DNA of 64,000 bases from Chloroflexota bacterium (GTDB lineage Bacteria > Chloroflexota > UBA11872 > VXOZ01). Both the position numbers and the translations under genes were made by a program. The notes under the pieces are model-generated. The model saw nothing but the letters and a program-made list of their open reading frames with translations, was not told the origin of the DNA and searched no databases. The stretch covers positions 1,440,001 through 1,504,000 of the forward strand of contig OY760183.1 of the NCBI GenBank assembly GCA_963663275.1, written 5' to 3'. The first letter of the stretch is position 1. Every line of letters begins with the position of its first letter. Shown here piece by piece: positions 28,870-37,608 of the stretch.

Positions 28870-29534
28870 TCCTGGCCGCGCGGCAGGTAATCGCGGTGGT
28901 GCGCAAGGATCTCCTGGTCGAGGCGCGGGCGCGCGACTTGCTGAACGTGATGCTCACCTTTGCCGTGCTCACGCTCATCATCTTCAACCTCGCTTTGGAC
29001 CTGCGGGGGCCGGTGGTGCGGGACGTAGGGCCGGGGCTGCTCTGGCTCACGATCGCCTTTGCAGCAATGCTGGGCATGGGCCGCGCGTTCGTGCGCGAAC
29101 ACGAGCGCGGCACGCTGGACGGCCTGCTGCTCGCTCCCATCGACCGGGGCGCGCTCTTCATCGGCAAACTGCTGGCAAACCTGCTCTACCTCTTCATCAT
29201 GGAAGCGGTGGCGCTGCCCCTGTTCGCGCTGCTCTTCGACCTGCCCGTGCTCCGGCCGGACGTGCTCCTCATCACGGGGCTGGGCACGCTGGGCTTCGCT
29301 ACGCTGGGCACGATCTTCTCGGCAATGGTGGCCCACAGCCGGGCGCGGGAGGCGCTGCTGCCGCTCCTGCTCCTGCCCACGACCGTGCCGGTGCTCATCG
29401 GCGCGGTGCAGGCAACGAGCAGTGCCATCGATGGAGTGACAGGCGGCCCGCCGTGGGTCGGCCTGCTGATCGCCTTCGACGTGATTTTTCTTACCCTTTC
29501 GTACTTGCTATTCGAGTACGCGATTGAAGGATGA
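28866..29534 (+). CDS. ccmB: Heme exporter protein CcmB
   Basis: KDLLVEAR, FVREHERGTLDGLLLAP and LLPLLLLP. Confidence 0.92.
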   Translation: MILAARQVIAVVRKDLLVEARARDLLNVMLTFAVLTLIIFNLALDLRGPVVRDVGPGLLWLTIAFAAMLGMGRAFVREHERGTLDGLLLAPIDRGALFIGKLLANLLYLFIMEAVALPLFALLFDLPVLRPDVLLITGLGTLGFATLGTIFSAMVAHSRAREALLPLLLLPTTVPVLIGAVQATSSAIDGVTGGPPWVGLLIAFDVIFLTLSYLLFEYAIEG

Positions 29535-29854
29535 ACGCGGCCGTATGATTCGCGCGGAGGCGGGACGAACGGTGTATACTGTAAGACCGCATGGGAGTTA
29601 AGGTAGCTTTACAAACGTGCGCATACATTAATCAGATGCGCAAAGTGAGCAGGAGCGGAAGTAGACAAGCCCCAGTGTTGGCGCTTTGGACCTGGGAGCG
29701 CGCTACTACCCGTTCGTGCTGAGCCCGTCGAAGTATGAACGGGTGGTACCGTGCACCACAAACCAACCCGCCGCTCACCTTTCGACAGGCTCAAGGCGAA
29801 CGGCTGTGCGCAGGCTCATCGAGTTGTCAAGATTTGAAGAGACAGAGGCGGCGT

Positions 29855-30282
29855 GGGGCGAGCGGACACGGTCGGGCAAGGGCCGTGCGGCAAGAGGCGG
29901 GGGACAAGCCCCCGCGCTACGGCTAACCGGTAGGGGCAGGCCTTGTGCCTGCCCGAGGCGAAAAGCGGGTGACAAGCCCCGCGCTACGGGGAGGCGAGGC
30001 GGGGCGAGCGGACGCGGGCGGGTAAGCCCGTACGGCAAGAGGCGGGGGACAAGCCCCCGCGCTACGGCTAACCGGTAGGGGCAGGCCTTGTGCCTGCCCG
30101 AGGCGAAAAGCGGGTGACAAGCCCCGCGCTACGGGGAGGCGGGGCGAGCGGACGCGGGCGGGTAAGGCCCGTACGGCAAGAGGCGGGGGACGAGCCCCCG
30201 CGCTACGGCTAACCGGTAGGGGCAGGCCTTGTGCCTGCCCGAGGCGAAAAGCGGGTGGCAAGGCCCCGCGCTACGGGGAGGC
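29855..30282. repeat. BIME-like array of three ~141-145-bp units, each with three REP hairpins
   Basis: CAAGAGGCGGGGGAC at 29891, 30036 and 30177; each unit includes GTAGGGGCAGGCCTTGTGCCTGCCC. Confidence 0.88.
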
Positions 30283-30417
30283 GGCCTCCAGCGCAATTGG
30301 GGTGTGGGCAAGAATACTAAACCCGGGCGTAGGCGGAAAGAACACTATCACGGGCATAGGCAGGAAGAACATCGTACCCACGTGCAACTTTGCGGCGGAT
30401 TGCCGTTGCAGGAAAGG

Positions 30418-31125
30418 ATGCCAATGTTGTTGAGCAGGAGGGGCACAGGCGGGCGCAGTTGGATAGACGACGCGCTGGGCGTTGCCGCGTTGGTCGGCAT
30501 GACCGCGGCGCTGTGGCTGATCTTCATCTACACGCCGGTTGAGGCCGTGCAAGGCGCGGTGCAGAAGGTCTTCTACATTCACCTGGCGTCGATCTGGAAC
30601 GCCTATCTGGGTTTCTTCATCGTCTTCGTAGCGAGCATTCTCTATCTCCGGCGGCCAAGCGAGCGCAAAGACCGCATCGCCCGCGCCTGGGCGGAAATCG
30701 GAGTGGTCTTCACCACGATTACGCTGGTCAGCGGCTCGATTTGGGGCAAGCCGATTTGGGGCACGTACTGGACGTGGGACCCGCGCCTGACGTCCACGCT
30801 CGTGCTCTGGCTCATCTACGTGGTCTACCTCATGCTGCGCGGCTTCGTCGGCGACCCGGAGCGCGGCCGGCGCTTTGCCGCCATCGTCGGCATCATCGGC
30901 TTCATCGACGTGCCCATCGTGCACATGTCCGTGCGCTGGTGGCGCACGCTGCACCCGGAACCCATCGTCGCCACGGCCGAGGCGGCCCTGCCGGCGAGCA
31001 TGTGGTATACCGTGCTCTTCTGCATCGCGGTCTTTACGGCGCTGGCGCTCTTCCTGGTGCGGCAGCGCCTGCAAATCGATGAAATGCGGGAAACGCTGCG
31101 TTCCCTGCGCGCGTCCTCGAGTTGA
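30418..31125 (+). CDS. ccmC: Heme exporter protein CcmC
   Basis: FYIHL, WWD domain WGKPIWGTYWTWDPRLT and WWRTLHP. Confidence 0.95.
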   Translation: MPMLLSRRGTGGRSWIDDALGVAALVGMTAALWLIFIYTPVEAVQGAVQKVFYIHLASIWNAYLGFFIVFVASILYLRRPSERKDRIARAWAEIGVVFTTITLVSGSIWGKPIWGTYWTWDPRLTSTLVLWLIYVVYLMLRGFVGDPERGRRFAAIVGIIGFIDVPIVHMSVRWWRTLHPEPIVATAEAALPASMWYTVLFCIAVFTALALFLVRQRLQIDEMRETLRSLRASSS

Positions 31126-31146
31126 AAGCAATTGAGGAGTATTGAC

Positions 31147-31326
31147 GTGGAATCCGTACAGAACTTCGATTACCTGTTCGCCGCGTTCGCTATCTTCTGG
31201 GTAGTGTTGTTCGGCTACTTCTTCTGGGTCACCCGGCAGCTTGGCGACCTGCGGCGCGAGGTCAATGCGCTCCGCGAGGAACGGGCGAGTGGCGAGGCCG
31301 GGCGGGAAGAAGAGTCCGGCGCATAG
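31147..31326 (+). CDS. ccmD: CcmD family small membrane protein
   Basis: GAGGAG RBS, YLFAAFAIFWVVLFGY TM and a charged tail; directly after ccmC. Confidence 0.8.
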   Translation: MESVQNFDYLFAAFAIFWVVLFGYFFWVTRQLGDLRREVNALREERASGEAGREEESGA

Positions 31327-31396
31327 GTTGGGCGTGAGGCCGGTAGCCGTTCATCCTTCGACGCGCTCAGGACGAACGGCTACCGGGTTATTGTGA

Positions 31397-31625
31397 GAAG
31401 ACCCCTGCATTACCCCTTCCCCATCGAGGGCTGACAGGGGTAGGCAAGTGTCATTCCGAGCGGAGCGTCGAACAGGGTTCGCGGAATCTAGAACCGACGT
31501 TTTTGCAGCGAAAGCCTTAGATTCCTCTCTCCGCTGCGCTCCGCTCGGAATGACACGTGAAGTCGGATGTAGAATGCCTACCTCTGTCAGCCCATTGAGG
31601 GGGAAAGTTGGGATGGGGGTGAAAA
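31397..31625. mobile_element. Degenerate IS5-end MITE (copy E) with nested CTGACAG-MITE at 31431..31590
   Basis: TSD CCCATCGAGGG / CCCATTGAGGG; the inner element is nearly identical to the reverse complement of 37359..37504 apart from a 14-bp insertion. Confidence 0.83.
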
Positions 31626-31724
31626 GGCTTGCTTCCTACCGTTCCAGACGCTGCGCGCCCTCTCCGGCAGGCGTAGAGTTTGGCGCCGCATCTAGCGGCA
31701 ACGAGCCCCTGCCGCCGCGCTCTG

Positions 31725-31753
31725 TTGGCACTCGCAGAGGCGCGTGGTATCCT
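31725..31753 (+). promoter_or_regulatory. Putative sigma70 promoter for the ATP-grasp-like gene and kamA
   Basis: TTGGCA-17 bp-TATCCT with a TG extension, about 48 bp before the ATG at 31801. Confidence 0.5.
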
Positions 31754-31800
31754 ATAAATAATGAAGTAATGGAGCGATTCAAGAATCTGAGTGTGCACTG

Positions 31801-33342
31801 ATGCCGAAAGACTCGCCATGTACGGCCCCGGAGCGGCAGGCCGCCAGCAGCCAGGGTGACCCCGCGCTCACCTGCGCCGCGCCCGCGCCCGTAGCCGAGC
31901 CTGCGCTCGTTGCCGAGCGCGCGGAAACCGACGCCCGCGCCCGCAGCCTGGCGCTGAACGAGCGGGTGCCTGCCAGCGGGTTGTTTGGCGAGGCCAGCCG
32001 TCCGTTGGTAGAGGGATCGCGCGCCTCGTGGCGCATCGCGCCGGAACCGTTCCTCATCACGCCCGCAAGCCATGAAAAGCTGCGCCAACTGGGTGAGCGG
32101 TTGCTGGCGTTCTATAGCGCGGCGAACCGCCTCTACAAGCGCAGCCTGCGCGGCACGATCCCCGCCTTCTTCCACGAATATCTCGACATCGGCAAGAGCG
32201 AAACCGTCATCGACTACGGTCGCATGAACCGCTTCCGGCGCGACCTGCCGGGGGTGATCCGGCCCGACCTCCTGCTGACGTCCGACGGCGTGAAGGCCGC
32301 CGAACTCGATTCCGTTCCCGGCGGCATCGGCCTGACCGGCAGCATGCAGCAGCACTACGGCAGCCTGGGTTTCAGCATGGTCGGCGGCGCGAACGGCATG
32401 GTGGAAGGCTTCGGCGCGATGATCCGCGGCTTTGCCGGCAAGGACGACCCGCAGTTGGCGATTGCCGTTTCCGATGAATCCACCGACTACCGTCCCGAAA
32501 TGCAGTGGGTCTCCGAGCAGTTGCGCGCGCTGGGCATGAGCAGCGGGTGCGCCAAGCCGGAAGAGATCGTGCTGCGCGAGGACGGTTTGCTGCTCGACGG
32601 CCGGCCCATCGACACGCTCTACCGCTTCTTCGAACTCTTCGACCTGAAGAACATCCCGAATTACGACCTGCTCCTCCACGCCGCGCGCAAGCAACTGGTC
32701 GCCATGACCCCGCCGGTGAAGGCGTACCTGGAGGAAAAACTGCTCTTCGCTCTCTTCCATCACCCTGTGCTGGCGGAGCACTGGCGGCAGGAGATGGGCG
32801 CAAAGACCGTCGCCGCCTTGCGGAAGGTGATACCGCAGACGTGGATTCTCGATCCGCGCCCCTTGCCGCCGCAGGCGGTGGTGCCGGGACTGGAAATCGC
32901 CAAACGGCCGGTAACGGACTGGAGCCAACTCAAGGGTTTGGGCCAGGCGGACCGGCGTCTCGTCATCAAGCCTTCCGGCTACGCGGCCACGGCCTGGGGC
33001 AGCCGGGGCGTTACCATCGGCCACGACCGGCCTGAAACGGAATGGGACGCCGCCGTGGAATCCGCGCTCGAGGCTTTCACCACCACACCCCACGTCCTGC
33101 AAAAATTCCACCACGGTAAACGCTACGCCACGCGCTACTACGACTTTGCGCGGGATTCCGTGCGCAAGATGAACGGCCGCGTGCGCTTCAGCCCATACTA
33201 CTTCGTGGTGAATGACGAGACGAGACTTGCCGGCGTCCTGGTCACAATCGTGCCGGCTGACAAGAAACTCATCCACGGCATGGTGGACGCGGTAATGGTA
33301 CCCGCCGCCATTAGCGACGATGGCGTGGATCTCGACCTATGA
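31801..33342 (+). CDS. Circularly permuted ATP-grasp-like (glutathionylspermidine-synthase-related) ligase, function unknown
   Basis: IRPDLLL, AELDSVPGG, LYRFFE, EEK, IPQTW, VIKPSG...WGSRGVTIG and VLQKF occur in the order typical of CP-ATP-grasp enzymes. Confidence 0.65.
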   Translation: MPKDSPCTAPERQAASSQGDPALTCAAPAPVAEPALVAERAETDARARSLALNERVPASGLFGEASRPLVEGSRASWRIAPEPFLITPASHEKLRQLGERLLAFYSAANRLYKRSLRGTIPAFFHEYLDIGKSETVIDYGRMNRFRRDLPGVIRPDLLLTSDGVKAAELDSVPGGIGLTGSMQQHYGSLGFSMVGGANGMVEGFGAMIRGFAGKDDPQLAIAVSDESTDYRPEMQWVSEQLRALGMSSGCAKPEEIVLREDGLLLDGRPIDTLYRFFELFDLKNIPNYDLLLHAARKQLVAMTPPVKAYLEEKLLFALFHHPVLAEHWRQEMGAKTVAALRKVIPQTWILDPRPLPPQAVVPGLEIAKRPVTDWSQLKGLGQADRRLVIKPSGYAATAWGSRGVTIGHDRPETEWDAAVESALEAFTTTPHVLQKFHHGKRYATRYYDFARDSVRKMNGRVRFSPYYFVVNDETRLAGVLVTIVPADKKLIHGMVDAVMVPAAISDDGVDLDL

Positions 33343-33395
33343 GTCACTCGTACCCCTTCGCCCTCATTCAGGCGCGTAATCGAATTCCAATCTTA

Positions 33396-33550
33396 TCCCC
33401 TCTCCCTGAGGGAGAGCGTTAGGATGAGGGCTAGGATACCAGTCCTGTCCCCTCTCCCTGAGGGAGAGGGCTAGGGTGAGGGTGAAACAACAAAACTGGA
33501 CCTGGAGAACGCCGGTAGCGTCGGTTTGCAACCTGCGCGTAACCTGCGGG
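33396..33550. repeat. Two CCCTCTCCCTGAGGGAGAG hairpins plus a GTAGCGTCGGTTTGCAACC-type REP
   Basis: Same families as at 12551, 35071, 47330, 53127 and 55823. Confidence 0.75.
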
Positions 33551-33575
33551 GGATTCGTAAGAAAAAGGAACGGGA

Positions 33576-34754
33576 ATGGCATTACCACAACCGCAAGTAA
33601 AGCGACAGAAGGAAGAGTGGCAGGAACTCCTGGCGGCGGGCATCAACCGGCCGGAGAAGCTCATCGACGATCTGGGCGAACGCCTGGGCCTGGACGCTGA
33701 GACGGCGGCCAGCCTGCACAAGAACTTCCCGGTGCGCATCAACCCCTACTACCTCGGCTTGATCGAGGAGGTCAACGATCCCATCTGGCGGCAGGCCATT
33801 CCCGACGAGATGGAACTGGACCACAGCGACTCCCTGACCACCATGGATCCCCTGGCCGAGGACATGGACGCGCCGGTGCCCTATCTGACGCACCGCTATC
33901 CGGACCGGGTGTTGATGGTGGTGCAGTTGCAGTGCGCCATGTACTGCCGCTTCTGCACGCGCCGCCGCGAGGTGGGCAGCCGCAACGCCGTGCGCCAGGC
34001 AGACTGGGACCGCCAGATCGAGTACATCGCCACCCACCCGGAAGTCCGCGACGTGATCATCTCCGGCGGCGACCCGTTCATGCTGCTCGACCACCAGATC
34101 GAATACATTCTGAAGGGCTTGCGCGCCATTCCGCACATGGAGATCATCCGCCTGGATTCCCGCATGCCGGTCACCTTGCCCCACCGCATTACGGACAACC
34201 TCTGCGAAATCATGCAACGCTACCATCCGGTCTATCTGAACACGCACTTCAACCACCCGCGCGAGATTACGCCGGAATCCACCCGCGCCTGCGAACGCAT
34301 GGCCGACTACGGCATTCCCCTGGGCAACCAGAGCGTGCTTCTGCGCGGCGTGAACGACGACCCGGAGGTGATGAAGGAACTGGTGCAGAAACTGCTGACG
34401 ATTCGGGTCAAGCCCTACTACCTCTACCAGGCGGACCTGGTCACCGGCACCAGCCACTTCCGCACCGCCGTGGAGAAGGGCCTGGAGATCATCAAGGCGA
34501 TCCAGGGCCACACCAGCGGCATGGCCGTGCCCCACTTCGTCATCGACGCCCCCCAGGGCGGCGGCAAGATCCCGGTGACGCCGGACTTCATCCAGGAGAT
34601 CACCGACGACGAGATCGTGCTGAGGAACTACGAGGGCAAGGTCTACCGCTACCCGATCGACGCCGAAGTGGCGAACGCCCGGGAAGCAGAACTGTCGGAG
34701 GCGCAGACGAACGGCAGGAGCAACGGCGCGGCCGGCGCTGCAAGTGACGTGTAG
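33576..34754 (+). CDS. kamA: KamA family radical SAM/PLP lysine 2,3-aminomutase
   Basis: THRYPDRV, CAMYCRFC, SGGDP, HFNHPRE, NQSVLLRGVND and DAPQGGGK; both lysine-binding Asp positions (YQAD, VIDAP) are retained. Confidence 0.92.
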   Translation: MALPQPQVKRQKEEWQELLAAGINRPEKLIDDLGERLGLDAETAASLHKNFPVRINPYYLGLIEEVNDPIWRQAIPDEMELDHSDSLTTMDPLAEDMDAPVPYLTHRYPDRVLMVVQLQCAMYCRFCTRRREVGSRNAVRQADWDRQIEYIATHPEVRDVIISGGDPFMLLDHQIEYILKGLRAIPHMEIIRLDSRMPVTLPHRITDNLCEIMQRYHPVYLNTHFNHPREITPESTRACERMADYGIPLGNQSVLLRGVNDDPEVMKELVQKLLTIRVKPYYLYQADLVTGTSHFRTAVEKGLEIIKAIQGHTSGMAVPHFVIDAPQGGGKIPVTPDFIQEITDDEIVLRNYEGKVYRYPIDAEVANAREAELSEAQTNGRSNGAAGAASDV

Positions 34755-34857
34755 CGGTGGTAGCACAGCGCAGCGGTGCTTGCAGTAGCGCGGCGGCAGT
34801 TTAGATAGTGTAGCGGCGGTTGCATTTGCGAAAGTGCGGGGCGCGCGTGGCAAAGTC

Positions 34858-34962
34858 TTGTCATTCCGAACGGAGCGTAGCGAAGTGAGTAATCCAGGGC
34901 GCTGAGCTCAATGGGCTGCGTAGGGCACTCACCCTAGATTCCTCGCTGCGCTCGGAATGACA
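34858..34962. repeat. Inverted pair of GTCATTCCGA...GGAATGAC palindromic elements without MITE ends
   Basis: TGTCATTCCGAACGGAGCG...AATCC and AGATTCCTCGCTGCGCTCGGAATGACA. Confidence 0.7.
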
Positions 34963-35145
34963 GTTTGAAAACAAGCCGGATCGTGAAGACCGCGATTGAG
35001 AAGTGCCCCTCGGAGACCTGTCCGCAACGCTGGCAAGAGCGCGTGATTAGGTCGGGACGTTGAAGATTTCCCCTCACCCCGGGCCTCTCCCCAGGGAGAG
35101 GGAGGTTTTTCGCCTGCCGGCGCGGGTTGCGCCAGGGGTTCACTC

Positions 35146-36207
35146 GTGAACGCTGTCTTAAAAGAGGCCGCTCCGCTGCGCATTGCCGCCGTCGGTTTGG
35201 AACACGACGAAATCTACCGTGTGCTCGACCGGCTGCGGGGCCATGATGCCGCCACGCTCGCGGCAATTGCCGAACGGAGCGGGCGGCTGCGCATGGCGGC
35301 GGCGGGGCGCTACCGCGTGCCGGTCTTTCCGCGCCTGGCACGGCTGCTGGCGGAAACGGCCGTGGACGCCGTGCTGGTGGCGACGCCCAACGGCGAGAAG
35401 GCGGCGATCATTGCAGAAGCCCTGCGCGCCGGCAAGCACGTAATCGCCCACGCGCCGCTGGCGATTACTCCGGCGCAGCTTGACGAGGTGGCGGAAGCGC
35501 AGGCGGCGTCGGGCGGCGGTGTGGTCTTGCTGCTGCCGTTGCGCTTTACGTCGGCCTACGCGGACCTGCGGGCGGCGCTGGCGCGGGGGGCGCTGGGCGA
35601 GATTACGCAGGCGGTAATCATCAACTCGCAGCAGGTCGTGGCTACGCCCCGCACCCAGGCCTTCTTTGCGACGAAGACTCACGGCGGCATTCTCACGAAC
35701 CTCGCCGTGCACGACCTGGACGCGCTGCGGTGGCTGGGCGGAGACCTGACCGTGACGTACGCCGCCACGCGCCGCATGGGCAAGACCGATTACGCGGACT
35801 TCGAGGACGCGGGAATGGCGCGCGCCCGGCTGGCCGGCGGCGGCGAGGGTGTGGTGGTGTGCAACTGGCTCGCGCCGGCGGCGGCTGTGCCTTTTCACGA
35901 ACTCAACATAATTGGCACGGAGGGCACGGCCTGGATCAGCGGCGGCAAACTCCAGCTTTGGGGCGAAGCGCCGCCGGAAATCCCGCCCGACGGCGCGGGC
36001 CGCGCGGGGTACACCGCGCTGGGGCGTCCTCTGGCACCGACCGTTGCCGGACACGCTGATAACGAGGCTACCGCCGCCATGCTCGACGCCGCGCTCACGA
36101 CCCTTGGCGACGACGGTTTGCGGGCGGCGGCCACCGCCGATGCCCTGGAGACCACACGCGCGGCGGTGGACGCCCAAGCCATGGCGTGGCAGGAATGTTC
36201 TCCCTGA
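35146..36207 (+). CDS. Gfo/Idh/MocA family oxidoreductase (divergent)
   Basis: VDAVLVATPN, AGKHVI and GGILTNLAVHDLD; the EKP motif is replaced by HAP. Confidence 0.8.
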   Translation: MNAVLKEAAPLRIAAVGLEHDEIYRVLDRLRGHDAATLAAIAERSGRLRMAAAGRYRVPVFPRLARLLAETAVDAVLVATPNGEKAAIIAEALRAGKHVIAHAPLAITPAQLDEVAEAQAASGGGVVLLLPLRFTSAYADLRAALARGALGEITQAVIINSQQVVATPRTQAFFATKTHGGILTNLAVHDLDALRWLGGDLTVTYAATRRMGKTDYADFEDAGMARARLAGGGEGVVVCNWLAPAAAVPFHELNIIGTEGTAWISGGKLQLWGEAPPEIPPDGAGRAGYTALGRPLAPTVAGHADNEATAAMLDAALTTLGDDGLRAAATADALETTRAAVDAQAMAWQECSP

Positions 36208-36331
36208 CGCGCGGTTCCGTATGCGCCGCGGCCGCCAACGGACATGGGGCACATTCATCCCCGCCGTGGTAGGGGCACGACATGTCGTGCCCCTACCACG
36301 GCTACGGCGGCGGGGCGCATGGTAAACCCGG

Positions 36332-37240
36332 ATGGCGGCGCGAGAGGCGCGTGACGTGGACGATTCCGATTCCATAACGCCGGTGTTTCTTGCCGTCGGC
36401 CACGCCGTGCGGGACATTGCCCCCGGCGGCTGGCGCTGGGGCGGCACGGTCACTTACGCCGCGCTGCTGGCCCGCGCCTGGGGCCTGCCGGTTGCCGTGG
36501 TCACCTCCCTGGCGGCGGAAGACGTGCCCGCCTATCGTGCGCTGCTTGGCGACGGCGTGCTGCTGCACGCGGTCCCGGCGCCGGCCACGACGACGATGGA
36601 AAACACCTATACGGAGACGGGACGCGATCAGCGCCTGCACGCCAAAGCCACGCAGATCCTGCCGCGCCACGTGCCGACCGCCTGGCGGGGCGCCCGCGTC
36701 GCGCTCGTGGGGCCGGTCCTGCATGACGTCTCAACAAAATTCGCCGGGTTCTTTCCGGAAGAGTCGCTGGTCGGCTTGACGATTCAGGGCCGCCTGCGCG
36801 GTCACAACCGTGGACGCATCTACCGGCGGCTCTGGCCGCGCGCCGATCACGAGTTTCCGGCCTACGACGCGCTCTTCTTTTCGGATGAAGACGTGGGGTT
36901 CAGCGTGCCGCTGGCCGAGGCGTACGCGGAGTTGGCTCCTCTGGCGCTGGAAACCCTGGGAGACGAGGGCGCGCGGCTCTACGACACCGTCAAACGCAAG
37001 GTCTACGAACTCGACGCCGCTCCCGCGCGAGACGTGGATCCGACCGGCGCGGGCGACGTCTTCGCCGCGGCGTTTCTGATCACCTACGCCGCGAGCGGCG
37101 ACCCGATCGCCGCCGCCTACCATGCCAACGCCGCCGCCGCGTGCAGCATCGAGCGCGAGGGCGTGAACGGCATCCCCATCTGGGAGCAGGTAGTGGAGCG
37201 GCTGCGCTCCGCGCTTGAGCTAGACGGCCGGAGAGCGTAG
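36332..37240 (+). CDS. PfkB family carbohydrate kinase
   Basis: GGTVTYA and VDPTGAGDVFAAAF. Confidence 0.88.
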   Translation: MAAREARDVDDSDSITPVFLAVGHAVRDIAPGGWRWGGTVTYAALLARAWGLPVAVVTSLAAEDVPAYRALLGDGVLLHAVPAPATTTMENTYTETGRDQRLHAKATQILPRHVPTAWRGARVALVGPVLHDVSTKFAGFFPEESLVGLTIQGRLRGHNRGRIYRRLWPRADHEFPAYDALFFSDEDVGFSVPLAEAYAELAPLALETLGDEGARLYDTVKRKVYELDAAPARDVDPTGAGDVFAAAFLITYAASGDPIAAAYHANAAAACSIEREGVNGIPIWEQVVERLRSALELDGRRA

Positions 37241-37358
37241 CCGTACGCGCGGCGAGAGGCTGGTATAGAGTACGGGGGCAGGCTTGGCGGGTTACGCCTG
37301 ACTGGCTGGGCCTTGCTGTCTCCTTAACGGTTTCCCCTCACCCCGGCCCTCTCCCCAG

Positions 37359-37504
37359 CTGACAGAGGTAGGCATTCTACATCCGACTTCACGTGTCATT
37401 CCGAGCGGAGCGCAGCGGAGAGAGGAATCTAAGGCTTTCGCTGCAAAAACGTCGGTTCTAGATTCCTCGCTCCGCTCGGAATGACACGTGCCTACCCCTG
37501 TCAG
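37359..37504. mobile_element. CTGACAG-MITE (146 bp) inserted directly into a CCCTCACCCC-type REP with a perfect 11-bp TSD
   Basis: CCTCTCCCCAG at 37348-37358 and 37505-37515; IRs CTGACAGAGGTAGGCA and TGCCTACCCCTGTCAG. Confidence 0.9.
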
Positions 37505-37608
37505 CCTCTCCCCAGGGAGAGGGAGCTTTGGGGCATGTCCCCGGGGTAAGAGTGCTGGGAGAGATCACTACAGGAGAGCGTTAGCGCCGGTGGTTGTCCT
37601 GCCGGGCG

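Noticed and set aside
29855-30282. Possible CRISPR or integron attC array
   Set aside because: The units are near-identical whole duplications with no cassette ORFs and no integrase.
33576-34754. Glutamate 2,3-aminomutase or EF-P modifier EpmB assignment
   Set aside because: The lysine-specific Asp residues are retained and no efp or epmA is adjacent, so KamA-type is preferred.
36221-36325. Another REP-derived bridging ORF before the PfkB gene
   Set aside because: It is short, overlaps neither neighbouring gene, and stops before the PfkB start.
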